NCBI GenBank assembly: GCA_963748825.1
Contig: CAVVKN010000022.1
Coordinates: 96,001-160,000 of the forward strand
Origin: Methanotrichaceae archaeon
GTDB lineage: Archaea; Halobacteriota; Methanosarcinia; Methanotrichales; Methanotrichaceae
DNA: 64,000 bases
Reading direction: 5' to 3'
A program made the position numbers and the translations under genes. The notes under the pieces are model-generated. The model did not search any database. It worked only from the letters and a program-made list of their open reading frames with translations, and had not been told where the DNA came from. Shown piece by piece: positions 21,105-31,019 of this stretch (positions are counted from its first letter, which is position 1; the number at the start of each line of letters is the position of its first letter).

Positions 21105-21256
21105 TGCCCACTGGCAGGAATACCACTCTGCCCAGGATGTCGGCGCCTTCGGTGGCCGAGCTGGAGAATAGTGGACCGCAATGTGCGGGGCAATATAATT
21201 CCTGTGGGAAGCCCAGCCTGCAATTATCTGAAGTTCGCCGAGGAGCTGGCAGAAAG
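21105..21256 (+). pseudogene. Diverged duplicate of the 3' end of the phosphoesterase gene
   Basis: 21122-21256 aligns with 20952-21086. Differences are mostly synonymous, plus a 1-nt insertion. Confidence 0.9.
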
Positions 21257-21300
21257 AGAAAAGCACAAGGATTCAAAAAATAGGATTAAAAAATTTCAAT

Positions 21301-21577
21301 TCATGCGATCATTGGCGCGAAATCCGTAGCATTGACCACGAACCAGACGCTGTTGACATTCTGGCCGAGGACATCTCCCGGCTTTGTATCTTTGTAGTAG
21401 TAGTAAAGTGGCCATCCTCTGTAGGCTGTCTGCTCCTTTCCATCCGTTCTTATGGCTGCTGTGAATTCTGAGGCGTTCAGGCTTTCTGGTACGGAGATAT
21501 TCTCCGCGTAAAAGGGAGGCCAGGCTACCATGCATTTATCGCAGCAGGTGCTGCTACCGTTGCCGGGTGCATCTTTT
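21301..21577 (-). pseudogene. 5'-truncated secreted repeat protein (COG4315 / Lipoprotein_15, Yx(FWY)xxD repeats)
   Basis: KDAPGNGSSTCCDKCMVAWPPFY...RTDGKEQTAYRGWPLYYYYKDTKPGDVLGQNVNSVWFVV. There is no signal peptide or N-terminus, and it abuts the permease stop codon. Confidence 0.75.
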
Positions 21578-21589
21578 CGGCAATTGTTT

Positions 21590-22882
21590 TCAGGATTGGA
21601 CCGAAAGAGAGCGTCTGTTCAACATTGCTGCCAGACCTCCCAGAATCACGAGGCCAAGACCGATGGCCATAACCTGCCAGTCGAGTTGGGCAAGCATAAA
21701 GGCGTTAAAGAATATACCCAGGACAGGAAGCAAAGGAAGCCTACCCCAGGAAAGAGGCACCTGGAAGGGACGATGTACCTCGGATTTTCGGTATCTCAGC
21801 ACAATTAGAGCGGCATTGATCACCATGAAGGTTACAAATACGGTGAAGTTGTTGACATTGGCCACAAAGGCGATATCCCCTAAAAATACAAAAGCCATGG
21901 CAAAGGTCATGGAAAGGAGAGCGGCAACCCATGGGGTTTGGGTCCGAGGATGGACCCGTGCCAGGATTTGGGGGAGGGACCCTGCCTGTGCCATGCCGTA
22001 GATGATTCTGGATGAAGCCAGGAGCATGAGCAGCACGGTGTTGGTTGTGGCAAATAGCGCCACAATCGAGATTATAGTGGAGGCATTGGGCCCTAAGGCG
22101 GAATATGCAATATCGGCAAAAGGCGCAGACGATTGGCTCAGCCTCTCCCAGCCAAGAACGCTCACAGCGGAAAATGCCACCATAATGTAGAGGACAATGC
22201 TCGCCGACATGGCCAGAATAAGGCCCCTTGGGATGTTTTTTTCCGGGTCTTTTGTCTCCTCGGAAAGCTTGACCATCTCCTCAAAGCCGATGAAGGCGAA
22301 GAATATCAGGGCAGATGCCTGGAATATGCCGGAAAAGCCCAGAGGCGACATCTCCAGCAGGTCGACTCTGCCTAGGTACGCAGTTCCCAATAGTATTATA
22401 AATACGAGCCCTGAGGCCTCTATCGCCGTGAAGGTAATGACCAGTCGGGCTGACTGCTTGATGCCCACAGAAACGATCGCGGAAAGAACGGCAAGCAAGA
22501 TAAGAGCCGAAGGCAATAAAGAAGCTCCTGTGAGCGCCTGAAAGTACCCGGCAAAGCCCAGGGAGACTGTAGCCGCTCCGATCACGCCGCTGAAGATGAT
22601 CAGCCAGCCGATAATGAATGCAGGAAAAGGTCCGAAGGCCTGAGATGTATATTCGTATTCTGCGCTAGCCTTGGGAAACATTGAAACAAGCTCGGCATAG
22701 GAAAGTCCCGTAAAGACGGCAACGATCGCTGATAGCGCGAAGGATATCCAGACGGCATTTCCCGCCAGGCCCGCCGCCTCGCCTATGAGCGCATAAATGC
22801 CAGCACCAAGGATAATGCCAATGCCCGATAAGGTAACCTCAAAGAGCCCTAACGTGCGCCGAAGCTGGACCTTTCCCTGCAC
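21590..22882 (-). CDS. APC family amino acid permease
   Basis: GIILGAGIY, YAELVSMFP, FAFIGFE and ~12 TM segments. Confidence 0.93.
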   Translation of the reverse strand: MQGKVQLRRTLGLFEVTLSGIGIILGAGIYALIGEAAGLAGNAVWISFALSAIVAVFTGLSYAELVSMFPKASAEYEYTSQAFGPFPAFIIGWLIIFSGVIGAATVSLGFAGYFQALTGASLLPSALILLAVLSAIVSVGIKQSARLVITFTAIEASGLVFIILLGTAYLGRVDLLEMSPLGFSGIFQASALIFFAFIGFEEMVKLSEETKDPEKNIPRGLILAMSASIVLYIMVAFSAVSVLGWERLSQSSAPFADIAYSALGPNASTIISIVALFATTNTVLLMLLASSRIIYGMAQAGSLPQILARVHPRTQTPWVAALLSMTFAMAFVFLGDIAFVANVNNFTVFVTFMVINAALIVLRYRKSEVHRPFQVPLSWGRLPLLPVLGIFFNAFMLAQLDWQVMAIGLGLVILGGLAAMLNRRSLSVQS

Positions 22883-22936
22883 AAATTATCCTGGACTGTC
22901 TTCTATTTATGGCTTTGTGAGTTGCAAAAATGTGAA

Positions 22937-23040
22937 AATTACTGGATGGCCTGCTGGCGCGAGGGCGACAAGACGCGCAATGCGCACCTGGAGCGCCAGG
23001 AAGATGGATGTTAAGGCTCCGGGCGGAAGTCTTGGACGAT
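22937..23040 (+). pseudogene. Remnant of a small ORF with YWMAxWREGxKxRNxHLG motif
   Basis: Reads NYWMACWREGDKTRNAHL, then frameshifts to SARKMD...RLRAEVL. No start codon. Confidence 0.5.
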
Positions 23041-23214
23041 GAATGGAAGGCCGTGGCACGTTTGCTGGTAATCTTCAGAGACTATCCGCTAGGACATAGC
23101 CTAAATATATGGATTTCGTATCTGAGATTACGAGAGGGAAATGAGAACTCCGCACGTCTGGGCATGAGAATTAGCTGCGCAAACTTTTTCATTAGTTCTA
23201 CCAAATAGTCCATT

Positions 23215-23526
23215 ATGGATGGTTCTACGAAATTGAAATTTGTTCTTATATCAATATCAATAGTGCTGGCTATGATGAGCGCGTCTGTTCTGGGACAAGA
23301 ACATACAGCCGATTACTGGCTAACCCAGGGAGATAAATATTATAAAAATGAAGATTACAATGTTGCTCTTGATTAATCTATCGAAGCTTATAACAAAGCC
23401 ATCGAAATAAACCCAAAATTCGGGAGCGCCTGGCTTGGTAAGAGTATAATACTCAGGGTGCTTCATCGTGATTCCGAGGCAGATGCGGCCATCGCTAAAG
23501 TCTTTGAGACAATGAATAATGGCTAA
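23215..23526 (+). pseudogene. Secreted TPR protein, disrupted
   Basis: Signal peptide plus TADYWLTQG...ALD*SIEAYNKAIEINPKFGSAWLGKS, with an in-frame TAA at 23374-23376. Confidence 0.8.
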
Positions 23527-23966
23527 TCTCAACCAAGGATGCTACGTGTTGCCTATATGCCTGTGTCAGCAAATCCTTGGCCGACCAGGCCTGTTAATAT
23601 TTTTATAAATAGCTTTCCAAACTCATTAAGGTCTTCTTATTATTCGCGATAGATTTTATAGCAATTTTTGATTTTACTGATAGTGATAAATCGCAGCCAG
23701 GCAGTTGTCGAAAATTCATTCCATAGCATGCTGCAATAGGCAGTTTGGCAGAAAGCATTTGGCCGATCTGGGAAGACTGTATAAGGTACTGTGTATAACT
23801 TGTAGGTTCTGGCGTGCATCTCGTTTTTGCAATCCCCTATCATTCCATATGCATTGGATAAACCATAAATTATCTTGGAATGTATTACTATCAGCGTTTT
23901 TGCGCTATTCGAAGGATATATCTCTAAAGACTGCCGCAATGATAACGGATTGGAGCTGACACATTC

Positions 23967-26156
23967 ATGCAAGGCATCAAAGACAAATTCCCCCATTTGC
24001 CGGAAAAGATCTCAGGACTGCGAGAGCTGGCCTACAACCTGTGGTGGAGCTGGCACCCCGAGGGCCGGGGGCTCTTCAAGCTCCTCAATCGCCAGGGCTG
24101 GTATCTGAGCAACCATAACCCAGTAAAGATGATCAACCGCATGAACAAGGGAGCGCTGGAGGCGGCCACATCCGATCCTCACTTCATGAGGCATTATGAA
24201 TCCGTGATGTCCCGCTTTGAGAGCTACATGGATCCATCCACTGGCTGGTTTCGCACTCGTGTAACTGATCCGGAAAAGTACAAAATCGCCTACTTCTCAG
24301 CGGAATACGGCCTGCACCACGCTCTGCCCTTTTATGCGGGCGGCCTGGGCTTTTTGGCGGGAGACTTTCTCAAGGAGTGCAGCGACCTTGGCTTGCCTCT
24401 TGTGGCAGTGGGATTCATGTACCCGCAAGGGTACCTTCGCCAAATGATCTCGCCGGAGGGCTGGCAGGTAGGGGCCTGCGAGATGATGGACCGGGAGAAT
24501 GCGCCCATTAGAAAGATGGTGGATTCCAATGGTGATCCTATCACCATTAAGGTGCCGGTCATGGACCCGCCTATTTATTTGGAGGTCTGGATGGTCCAGG
24601 TGGGAAAGACCAGCCTCTATTTGATCGATACCTCCAGCGAAGCCAATGACCCCTGGAATCGCATCATTTCCGACCGGCTTTATACCGGCGATCTGGAGCA
24701 GCGCCTGCGCCAGGAGATCGTCCTCGGCATTGGCGGCGTGTGCATCTTGCGCCATCTGGGAGTGAATTATTCCGTTCTTCATTGCAACGAGGGCCATCCA
24801 GCTTTTGCCGTCCTGGGGAGGATTCGGCAGAAGGTAGAAGGAGGAATGAGCTACCTGGATGCCTTCGAGCAGGTCCGTAGCACTACGGTCTTCACCACGC
24901 ACACGCCCGTGCCCGCAGGGCATGATGTCTTTTCCTATCAACTGATGGACAAGTACTTCGGCTCTTATCTGCCCACACTGGATCTCCCTCGGGATGAGCT
25001 CTTCCGTTTGGGGATGAATCCGGCCAAGCCGGAGGGCTTTAACATGACTGCCTTTGCCCTGCGCTGCAGTGCTTACCGAAACGCTGTGAGCAAGAAGCAC
25101 GGGGAGGTCAGCCGGAAGATGTGGCAGCAGCTTTGGCCCGAACTAACGGTGGACAAGGTTCCCATTGAGTACATCACCAATGGCGTGCATGTACCCTCCT
25201 GGATTGACCGGCGCCTGGGTGATGTGATCTTCAACCGCTACCTAGGGAGGACATGGCTGGAGGAGCACGATCAGCCTGCTATCTGGCAGTTGATCGACGA
25301 GGTACCGGATAGCGTTCTCTGGGAACATCATCGCTTTATGAAAGGGATGCTCATTACCAAGATAAGAGAACGGGCCCGAAATAAGTGGCGTAAATCGGGC
25401 TCGGATCCCAACAATGTCATGGCCTCAGGGGTGCTGCTCGATCCGGCTGCCCTCACTTTAGGCTTTGCCAGACGCTTCGCCTCTTACAAACGGCCCACGC
25501 TCCTCTTGCAGGATATGGCCAGGCTGGCAAAAATCGTGAGCGATCCCTGGAGGCCGGTGCAAATCATCTTTGCCGGCAAAGCTCATCAGGACGACCAGCA
25601 GAGCAAGCAGCTCTTGCAGCAGGTCTTCAATGCTGCCAAGGACCAGTCCTATGGAGGACGCATCGCCTTTGTGGAGGATTACGATGAGCTCTTGGCGCAG
25701 TATCTGGTGCATGGCGTTGATGTCTGGGTGAACAATCCCCTGCCGCCCATGGAGGCCAGCGGAACGAGCGGCATGAAGGCAACGCTAAACGGAGTTCCGC
25801 AGCTTTCTGTCCTGGACGGCTGGTGGATCGAAGGCTACAACGGCAAGAACGGATGGGCAGTGGAAGGCGCGGGAGAGGGGCCGGACAGGGACGCACGCGA
25901 TGCAGCGGCCATCTACGATCTGCTGGAGAAGGATATTGTGCCTCTGTTCTATGATGTGGACGAGGATGGTGTCTCGCACGGCTGGACGGCTGTCATGAAG
26001 GAGGCCATCAAGATGACCGGGCCGGGATTCTCCGCTCGCAGGATGGCCAAGGAGTACACAGAGAGGTTCTATCGCAAAGCCCTTGAGGCGGCCATGAAGA
26101 CGGATAGCGGAGGAGAGAGAGGGATCGTCAAGAGGGATATGTTCGGCGGCATTTAA
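23967..26156 (+). CDS. glgP: Alpha-glucan (glycogen/maltodextrin) phosphorylase
   Basis: LAYNLWWSW, YFSAEYG, AGGLGFLAGD, HCNEGH, ARRFASYKR and the PLP site EASGTSGMK. Confidence 0.97.
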   Translation: MQGIKDKFPHLPEKISGLRELAYNLWWSWHPEGRGLFKLLNRQGWYLSNHNPVKMINRMNKGALEAATSDPHFMRHYESVMSRFESYMDPSTGWFRTRVTDPEKYKIAYFSAEYGLHHALPFYAGGLGFLAGDFLKECSDLGLPLVAVGFMYPQGYLRQMISPEGWQVGACEMMDRENAPIRKMVDSNGDPITIKVPVMDPPIYLEVWMVQVGKTSLYLIDTSSEANDPWNRIISDRLYTGDLEQRLRQEIVLGIGGVCILRHLGVNYSVLHCNEGHPAFAVLGRIRQKVEGGMSYLDAFEQVRSTTVFTTHTPVPAGHDVFSYQLMDKYFGSYLPTLDLPRDELFRLGMNPAKPEGFNMTAFALRCSAYRNAVSKKHGEVSRKMWQQLWPELTVDKVPIEYITNGVHVPSWIDRRLGDVIFNRYLGRTWLEEHDQPAIWQLIDEVPDSVLWEHHRFMKGMLITKIRERARNKWRKSGSDPNNVMASGVLLDPAALTLGFARRFASYKRPTLLLQDMARLAKIVSDPWRPVQIIFAGKAHQDDQQSKQLLQQVFNAAKDQSYGGRIAFVEDYDELLAQYLVHGVDVWVNNPLPPMEASGTSGMKATLNGVPQLSVLDGWWIEGYNGKNGWAVEGAGEGPDRDARDAAAIYDLLEKDIVPLFYDVDEDGVSHGWTAVMKEAIKMTGPGFSARRMAKEYTERFYRKALEAAMKTDSGGERGIVKRDMFGGI

Positions 26157-26160
26157 ACAA

Positions 26161-26181
26161 TTTTTCTTTTTTGGCTTTTTT
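26161..26181 (+). terminator. Oligo-T terminator after glgP
   Basis: TTTTTCTTTTTTGGCTTTTTT directly after the stop codon. Confidence 0.55.
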
Positions 26182-26259
26182 GATTCATCTTCAAGGCATT
26201 CCCTTTGCGAAGGGTTTATCTACCTTCATGCCAACCTGATCGTTTCAAAGGGTTTCACC

Positions 26260-27330
26260 ATGATTTCAAAAGAAGATATTCAAGAGATTTTGAAGGGATA
26301 CGATAAGAACGATCTAACCATTGCTACCATCTGCTCACACAGCAGCCTGCAAATTTTCCATGGTGCGCGCCTGGAGGGCTTTAAAACCCTGGGAATCTGC
26401 ATCGGTCAGCCGCCTCGCTTCTACGATGCCTTTCCCTTAGCAAAGCCTGATAAGTTCTTCTCTGTAGAGAGCTATAAAGCACTCTTGGATTATGCAGAGG
26501 ATCTCGTAGCCGAAAACGTAATAATAATTCCGCATGGCTCTTTGGTTGAGTATTTGGGAATCGAGAATTTTGAGTCGCTGGCTGTTCCCACCTTCGGAAA
26601 CCGTCGCGTTTTGGCCTGGGAGAGCGACCGGGAGATGGAGCGAGAATGGCTTCTCAAGGCCGGAGTCAACGTTCCCATGCGATTTGAAACTGCGGAAGAT
26701 ATCGACCGGCCGGTCATCATAAAATATCACGGCGCCAAAGGCGGGCGGGGTTTTTTCATTGCCAAGACAAAAGAAGAACTGCAGTCGAAGATGAACACGG
26801 CGGAGAAGTACACCATCCAGGAGTTCATCTTGGGCACCAGATACTACATTCATTTCTTCTATTCGCCCATAAAACAGGATGGGTACCATCTTAGCAAGGG
26901 CTCTTTGCAGATGCTGGGCATCGATCGGCGCGTGGAGTCCAATGCCGACGAGATCTTTCGCATCGGAAGCATGAAAGAGCTGGCCGAGGCCGGCATCTAT
27001 CCGAGCTTTGTGGTCACGGGCAACCTGCCGCTGGTCCTTCGCGAGTCTCTCCTGCCCCGTGCCTTTGAGCTGGGAGAGAGGGTCGTGGAAACCAGCCTGG
27101 ACCTCTTCGGTGGAATGATCGGCGCCTTCAGCCTGGAGACGATAGTCACCGATGAGCTGGAGTTCAAGGTCTTCGAGATCTCGGCCAGAATCGTTGCGGG
27201 CACCAATCTCTACGCAAGCGGATCGCCTTACTCGGACCTCATAGAACCGGGCCTCTCTAATGGCCGGCGCATTGCCCAGGAGATCAAGTCGGCCAATGAG
27301 AAGAACCTGCTGCATGAGATCATAACCTAA
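26260..27330 (+). CDS. purP: Formate-dependent FAICAR synthetase PurP (ATP-grasp)
   Basis: CSHSSLQI..GA..EGF, PHGS, GAKGGRG, DRRVESNAD and FEISARIVAGTN. Confidence 0.95.
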   Translation: MISKEDIQEILKGYDKNDLTIATICSHSSLQIFHGARLEGFKTLGICIGQPPRFYDAFPLAKPDKFFSVESYKALLDYAEDLVAENVIIIPHGSLVEYLGIENFESLAVPTFGNRRVLAWESDREMEREWLLKAGVNVPMRFETAEDIDRPVIIKYHGAKGGRGFFIAKTKEELQSKMNTAEKYTIQEFILGTRYYIHFFYSPIKQDGYHLSKGSLQMLGIDRRVESNADEIFRIGSMKELAEAGIYPSFVVTGNLPLVLRESLLPRAFELGERVVETSLDLFGGMIGAFSLETIVTDELEFKVFEISARIVAGTNLYASGSPYSDLIEPGLSNGRRIAQEIKSANEKNLLHEIIT

Positions 27331-27372
27331 AAAAGAAAGGCTTATCTTGGAGTGGTCTCTAGAGGTGCCAAT

Positions 27373-28563
27373 ATGTCAGGCCTGATTAAGACCTTCCAGG
27401 AGGCCACGCTGCTACAGTGCGGCTTTTTAGAGAAGCTGTTGGATCTGGATATGGCAAGCGTTGCTGCCTTTTCCGACTCCATGGTGGATTTTTTGAGACC
27501 GTCGCCGGACAACAAGTTCGTCTATGGCCTTGCGGCGGGCCGGTCCGCTCTCGCTCTTTACAGCTTCTTGCAGCTTATCCAAAATCACTTTGATAACGTA
27601 TTTCCTTTCACCCTGGAGGATCCCGTGCAAAGGCACTACCGCGAGGGCAAGAACCTGGGGATTGCCATCTCCGGCTCCGGAGAAACACAGGCGGTAAATA
27701 AATACATAAGTGATATCATCACTCTGGGCGGCGATATCAAGCTGATAACTGCCAATGAGAATGGAACAGCCTATAAGATGGTGAGCGAGTACGAGCGGGG
27801 TTCCGTTCTGGTGTTCACGGCCAGGACAAAACAGTCCACCGATAAGGATACGAGGTCCAGGCTCTCTCCCATGGGCACTGAGTTTGAGCTGCAGGTACTG
27901 GCCTTTTTAAATGCCCTTTTCGCAGATGTCCAGTCCCGGCTGAAGGGAGTCTGCGATCCAGCCTGTCCGGAATACCGCTCCACAATAAAGGACTTTGAAC
28001 AAAACGCTCGCCTTATCTCTCAAATGGACCCCGAGCATCTGGAGAACTGGTTTGGCAGGCTGCTACCCCGCAGCGGCAGATACATCATAGGGGGCGTTGG
28101 CAGATCCGGCCTGGTGGCCCGCGCCTTTGAAATGAGGTTCACCCACCTAAATAAAATCAGCTACTGGGAGAGAGATTTCAATACGCCCAGCTTTCAGATT
28201 GGAGACGTTTACATTCCCATAACCGGAATTGGCAACACCTATGAGGCCTTAGAGGGAACGGCCACGGCTCTGAGCAAAGGCGCTGATGTGATGCCAATCA
28301 CAGCCAATCCCTCCTCCCGGCAGGTCATGATGCTTAAGAAGCATGGCAAGGAGAAGGACATTGCCGTGATACCAGTAAAGCCAGAGTACAGGGAGCTATT
28401 CAGCGGAGACACGAGCTCCACCACCTGGCTGATGTCCGAATATACCAAATTCCGCAATCCAATCTTTGAGATCAACGCATCAGTGTTCACCAATAGCGTG
28501 GTGGCCGTGGGCGCGGAGTTTTTGGGCATCCTGGAAACGGGCATGAGAAGGATGCACGTATAA
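27373..28563 (+). CDS. Tandem two-domain SIS protein resembling a fused dimer of 6-phospho-3-hexuloisomerase
   Basis: Domain 1 has AAGRS, ISGSGET and PMGTEFE. Domain 2 has GVGRSGLVARAFEMRFTHL, NTP, ITANPSS and C-terminal MRRMH. Confidence 0.78.
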   Translation: MSGLIKTFQEATLLQCGFLEKLLDLDMASVAAFSDSMVDFLRPSPDNKFVYGLAAGRSALALYSFLQLIQNHFDNVFPFTLEDPVQRHYREGKNLGIAISGSGETQAVNKYISDIITLGGDIKLITANENGTAYKMVSEYERGSVLVFTARTKQSTDKDTRSRLSPMGTEFELQVLAFLNALFADVQSRLKGVCDPACPEYRSTIKDFEQNARLISQMDPEHLENWFGRLLPRSGRYIIGGVGRSGLVARAFEMRFTHLNKISYWERDFNTPSFQIGDVYIPITGIGNTYEALEGTATALSKGADVMPITANPSSRQVMMLKKHGKEKDIAVIPVKPEYRELFSGDTSSTTWLMSEYTKFRNPIFEINASVFTNSVVAVGAEFLGILETGMRRMHV

Positions 28564-28802
28564 ATTATATTGAAATGGATTGGGGATGATTCCGGACGCA
28601 AATCGGCGGCAAAGTCCGGTTCATCCAACTGTGGGATCCTGATTGTTTGGATTTGGACCTAAGCGATGGTGCCAAAGGCACATATGACATCGGAGGAGGC
28701 AATACTTACCTCTTTGCCTATGTGGTAGTTCCTGATGGTATCCCGGCCCATCCTCACGGCCCCTCCGGTCCATTGGGTCAGCTAAGGAATATCATAGTAT
28801 AT

Positions 28803-29567
28803 CTACTTCAAAGTTCTGTCAAAGAAGCTCACCATCTGCCAGAAGGCATCCTTGGCCGCAAAACTTTCCGATAGCTGGCCATCCTTGATCATGAAGCCAT
28901 GAGGCTCTCCCTGATAAACCTTCAACTCGAAGTACTTGCCGGTGGCATTCAATTCTTCAGCATAGCGATAGATATCCGAGACCTTGCTGGCTGCGTCATA
29001 GGTTCCATGAATTATCAGCATGGAATCATTTAGCTGGGAGATGAAGTCAGCTGGCCTAGACTCATTGAGGAAGCCTCCCGAGTAAGGGAAGCCGTAGAAG
29101 GCAACACCGGACTGGAAATCCATCTGGGGCAGAAAGAGCATTGTGTACCTTCCCCCGGCGCAAAAGCCGGTCAAACCCATCTTGCTGGAATTGACATCCG
29201 CTCTCTCTTTCAAGAAGGCCGAGCAATTCTCAATGAGCCGGCCTACCGTCTCATCGCTGGGAGTTCTGTTAAAGGTCTGCCACTGAGGAGCAATGACCAC
29301 ATAGCCTTCCGAGGCGAACTGGTCCGCCAGAGTCATGTATCCCGGCTCAAGGCCGTTAAAGGAGTGAATCATCACCACGCCAGGCCATTTGCCTTCTGCA
29401 ACAGGAACGGCCAGGTATGCGGGAAAGGTCATGTTTCCACTGGAAATATTTACGCTCTCGCTTTTCACCTGGCTTACAGCAGCATCCTTTTCACTTTTAT
29501 CCATCTGGGCGCAGCCTGAGATCGCTACCAGGGCGATCATCAGCAGACCCAGCACCAATTTGCTCAT
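28803..29567 (-). CDS. Dienelactone hydrolase family lipoprotein
   Basis: Lipobox ISGC, nucleophile motif GFCAGG, HGTYD and HGF. Confidence 0.9.
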   Translation of the reverse strand: MSKLVLGLLMIALVAISGCAQMDKSEKDAAVSQVKSESVNISSGNMTFPAYLAVPVAEGKWPGVVMIHSFNGLEPGYMTLADQFASEGYVVIAPQWQTFNRTPSDETVGRLIENCSAFLKERADVNSSKMGLTGFCAGGRYTMLFLPQMDFQSGVAFYGFPYSGGFLNESRPADFISQLNDSMLIIHGTYDAASKVSDIYRYAEELNATGKYFELKVYQGEPHGFMIKDGQLSESFAAKDAFWQMVSFFDRTLK

Positions 29568-29644
29568 ATTTTTATTACCTCCTGCGATTTAATGTGAATG
29601 AAATTCAAATCATATCATGGCTGCTCCATAGACAGAGAGAGCCT

Positions 29645-29740
29645 GATCTCCCGGCGAGAGAGTGTCATCGTTGAAGACGCGCAAGGCTCCGAAGCTGACG
29701 AACTCTGCGTCATAATAATCTCCAAAGCTGAAAGTGCCAG
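29645..29740 (-). pseudogene. Pirin (YhhW-like) N-terminal fragment
   Basis: TFSFGDYYDAEFVSFGALRVFNDDTLSPG matches the pirin N-terminal pattern; the rest of the gene is absent. Confidence 0.7.
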
Positions 29741-29859
29741 CGTCCGCTAAATGTCCCGTTTTGAATAGGGCCTTGTGCACGGTAAATGCTTTCCGGCGTT
29801 CTGATAGCAAGCATCATAATTTAGCCAGGTCTTATTCACAGTCAAATCATTTCCAATAA

Positions 29860-30696
29860 TCAGATCTTATCCGATCCAGTCAGCTCTTTTGTTAACCGCC
29901 AGAGCTTCTCCTGCAGATTTCGGTCGTAGCTGATGGGCGAGGAGCTCACTGCTTTGCATTCTTCGAAATAGCGGCCAGAGATCCCTTCCACCTTCGGCGA
30001 GCTGGCCAAGTAGACGGAAGTTCTCGCCCCCTTTTCCGGAGTATCCCCAGGATAATCTCCAAAGCCCGCCCGAAGCAATTTGGTTTTTATGACGCCAGGG
30101 TGCAGGCAGTTGGCAGTCACTCCTGTGCCCTGGAGCCGCTCCGCCAAAAAGTAGGTGAAGAGGATGAGGGCCAGCTTGGATAAAGCATAGGCGGCAAAGC
30201 CCTGGTAACTCTTCTCGCCTTGCAGGTTATCCCAATCCATCGCCCCATTCCAGTGAGCAATGGAGGCGACGTTGATGATACGGGAAGGCGCGCTCGCCTT
30301 CAACAAGTCGAGCAGCTCATGAGTGAGCAGGAATGGTGCGAGATAGTTGACGGAAAATGTGGTCTCCCATCCATCCTCCGTAATTTTGCGCTCAGGCTCA
30401 AATGTCCCTGCATTGTTTATGAGCAGGTGCAGACGGTCGTGCTCTTCCTTGACCTGTGCTGCCAGCCGTCTTACCTGCTCCTGGGAGGAGAAGTTTGCAA
30501 TGTAAAGATGCAAACGATCGCTTCCGGTTATGCGACGGATATCCGCTACCGCAGCCTCTCCTTTTCGTATATTGCGACCATGCAAGAGCACCGTTGCGCC
30601 CCGCCAGGCCAGTTCTAAGGCGGTGGCCTTGCCTATTCCATCCGTAGATCCGGTGACCAGAACAACTCTGCCATACAATTCCCTCGTCAGCTCCAT
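29860..30696 (-). CDS. Short-chain dehydrogenase/reductase (retinol-DH-like)
   Basis: TGSTDGIG, INNAG, NVAS, YALSK and HPGVIKT. Confidence 0.95.
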   Translation of the reverse strand: MELTRELYGRVVLVTGSTDGIGKATALELAWRGATVLLHGRNIRKGEAAVADIRRITGSDRLHLYIANFSSQEQVRRLAAQVKEEHDRLHLLINNAGTFEPERKITEDGWETTFSVNYLAPFLLTHELLDLLKASAPSRIINVASIAHWNGAMDWDNLQGEKSYQGFAAYALSKLALILFTYFLAERLQGTGVTANCLHPGVIKTKLLRAGFGDYPGDTPEKGARTSVYLASSPKVEGISGRYFEECKAVSSSPISYDRNLQEKLWRLTKELTGSDKI

Positions 30697-31019
30697 TCCC
30701 GTCGCCTCCAAACCATCAGATCCACTCGCATCTGCGCAAACGCCATTCGCTTCGCACCATTCAACGAACCAATGGCCTCAATGCCATATTCGTGCCCATC
30801 AGACAATATCTCAATCGTTTTATAGAGCATCTTGATTCCTAAAATATCGTTACATATTATCTCATGATCCTATTTAAAAAATTGGGTATTCCAGCTAATT
30901 ATCAGATCCAGAAGTGCCCGCCCTCCCAGGAAGGTGTGAATCTGTTACCTGGACTCACCAGGGATGCGGCCAGCATCGGAGATCTGGCCTGAATCCTTAT
31001 GAATAATGGGAATATTACT

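Noticed and set aside
23374-23376. Stop-codon recoding in the TPR gene
   Set aside because: The stop is TAA, not TAG or TGA, and the gene looks shortened; a pseudogene is the simpler explanation.
23640-23996. 118-aa minus-strand ORF upstream of glgP
   Set aside because: AT-rich, overlaps the glgP start and promoter region, and has no recognisable motif.
30900-30997. GC-rich intergenic stretch with short stems downstream of fmdB
   Set aside because: Stems are only 5-6 bp and match no RNA family I recognise; it could be a coding relic.
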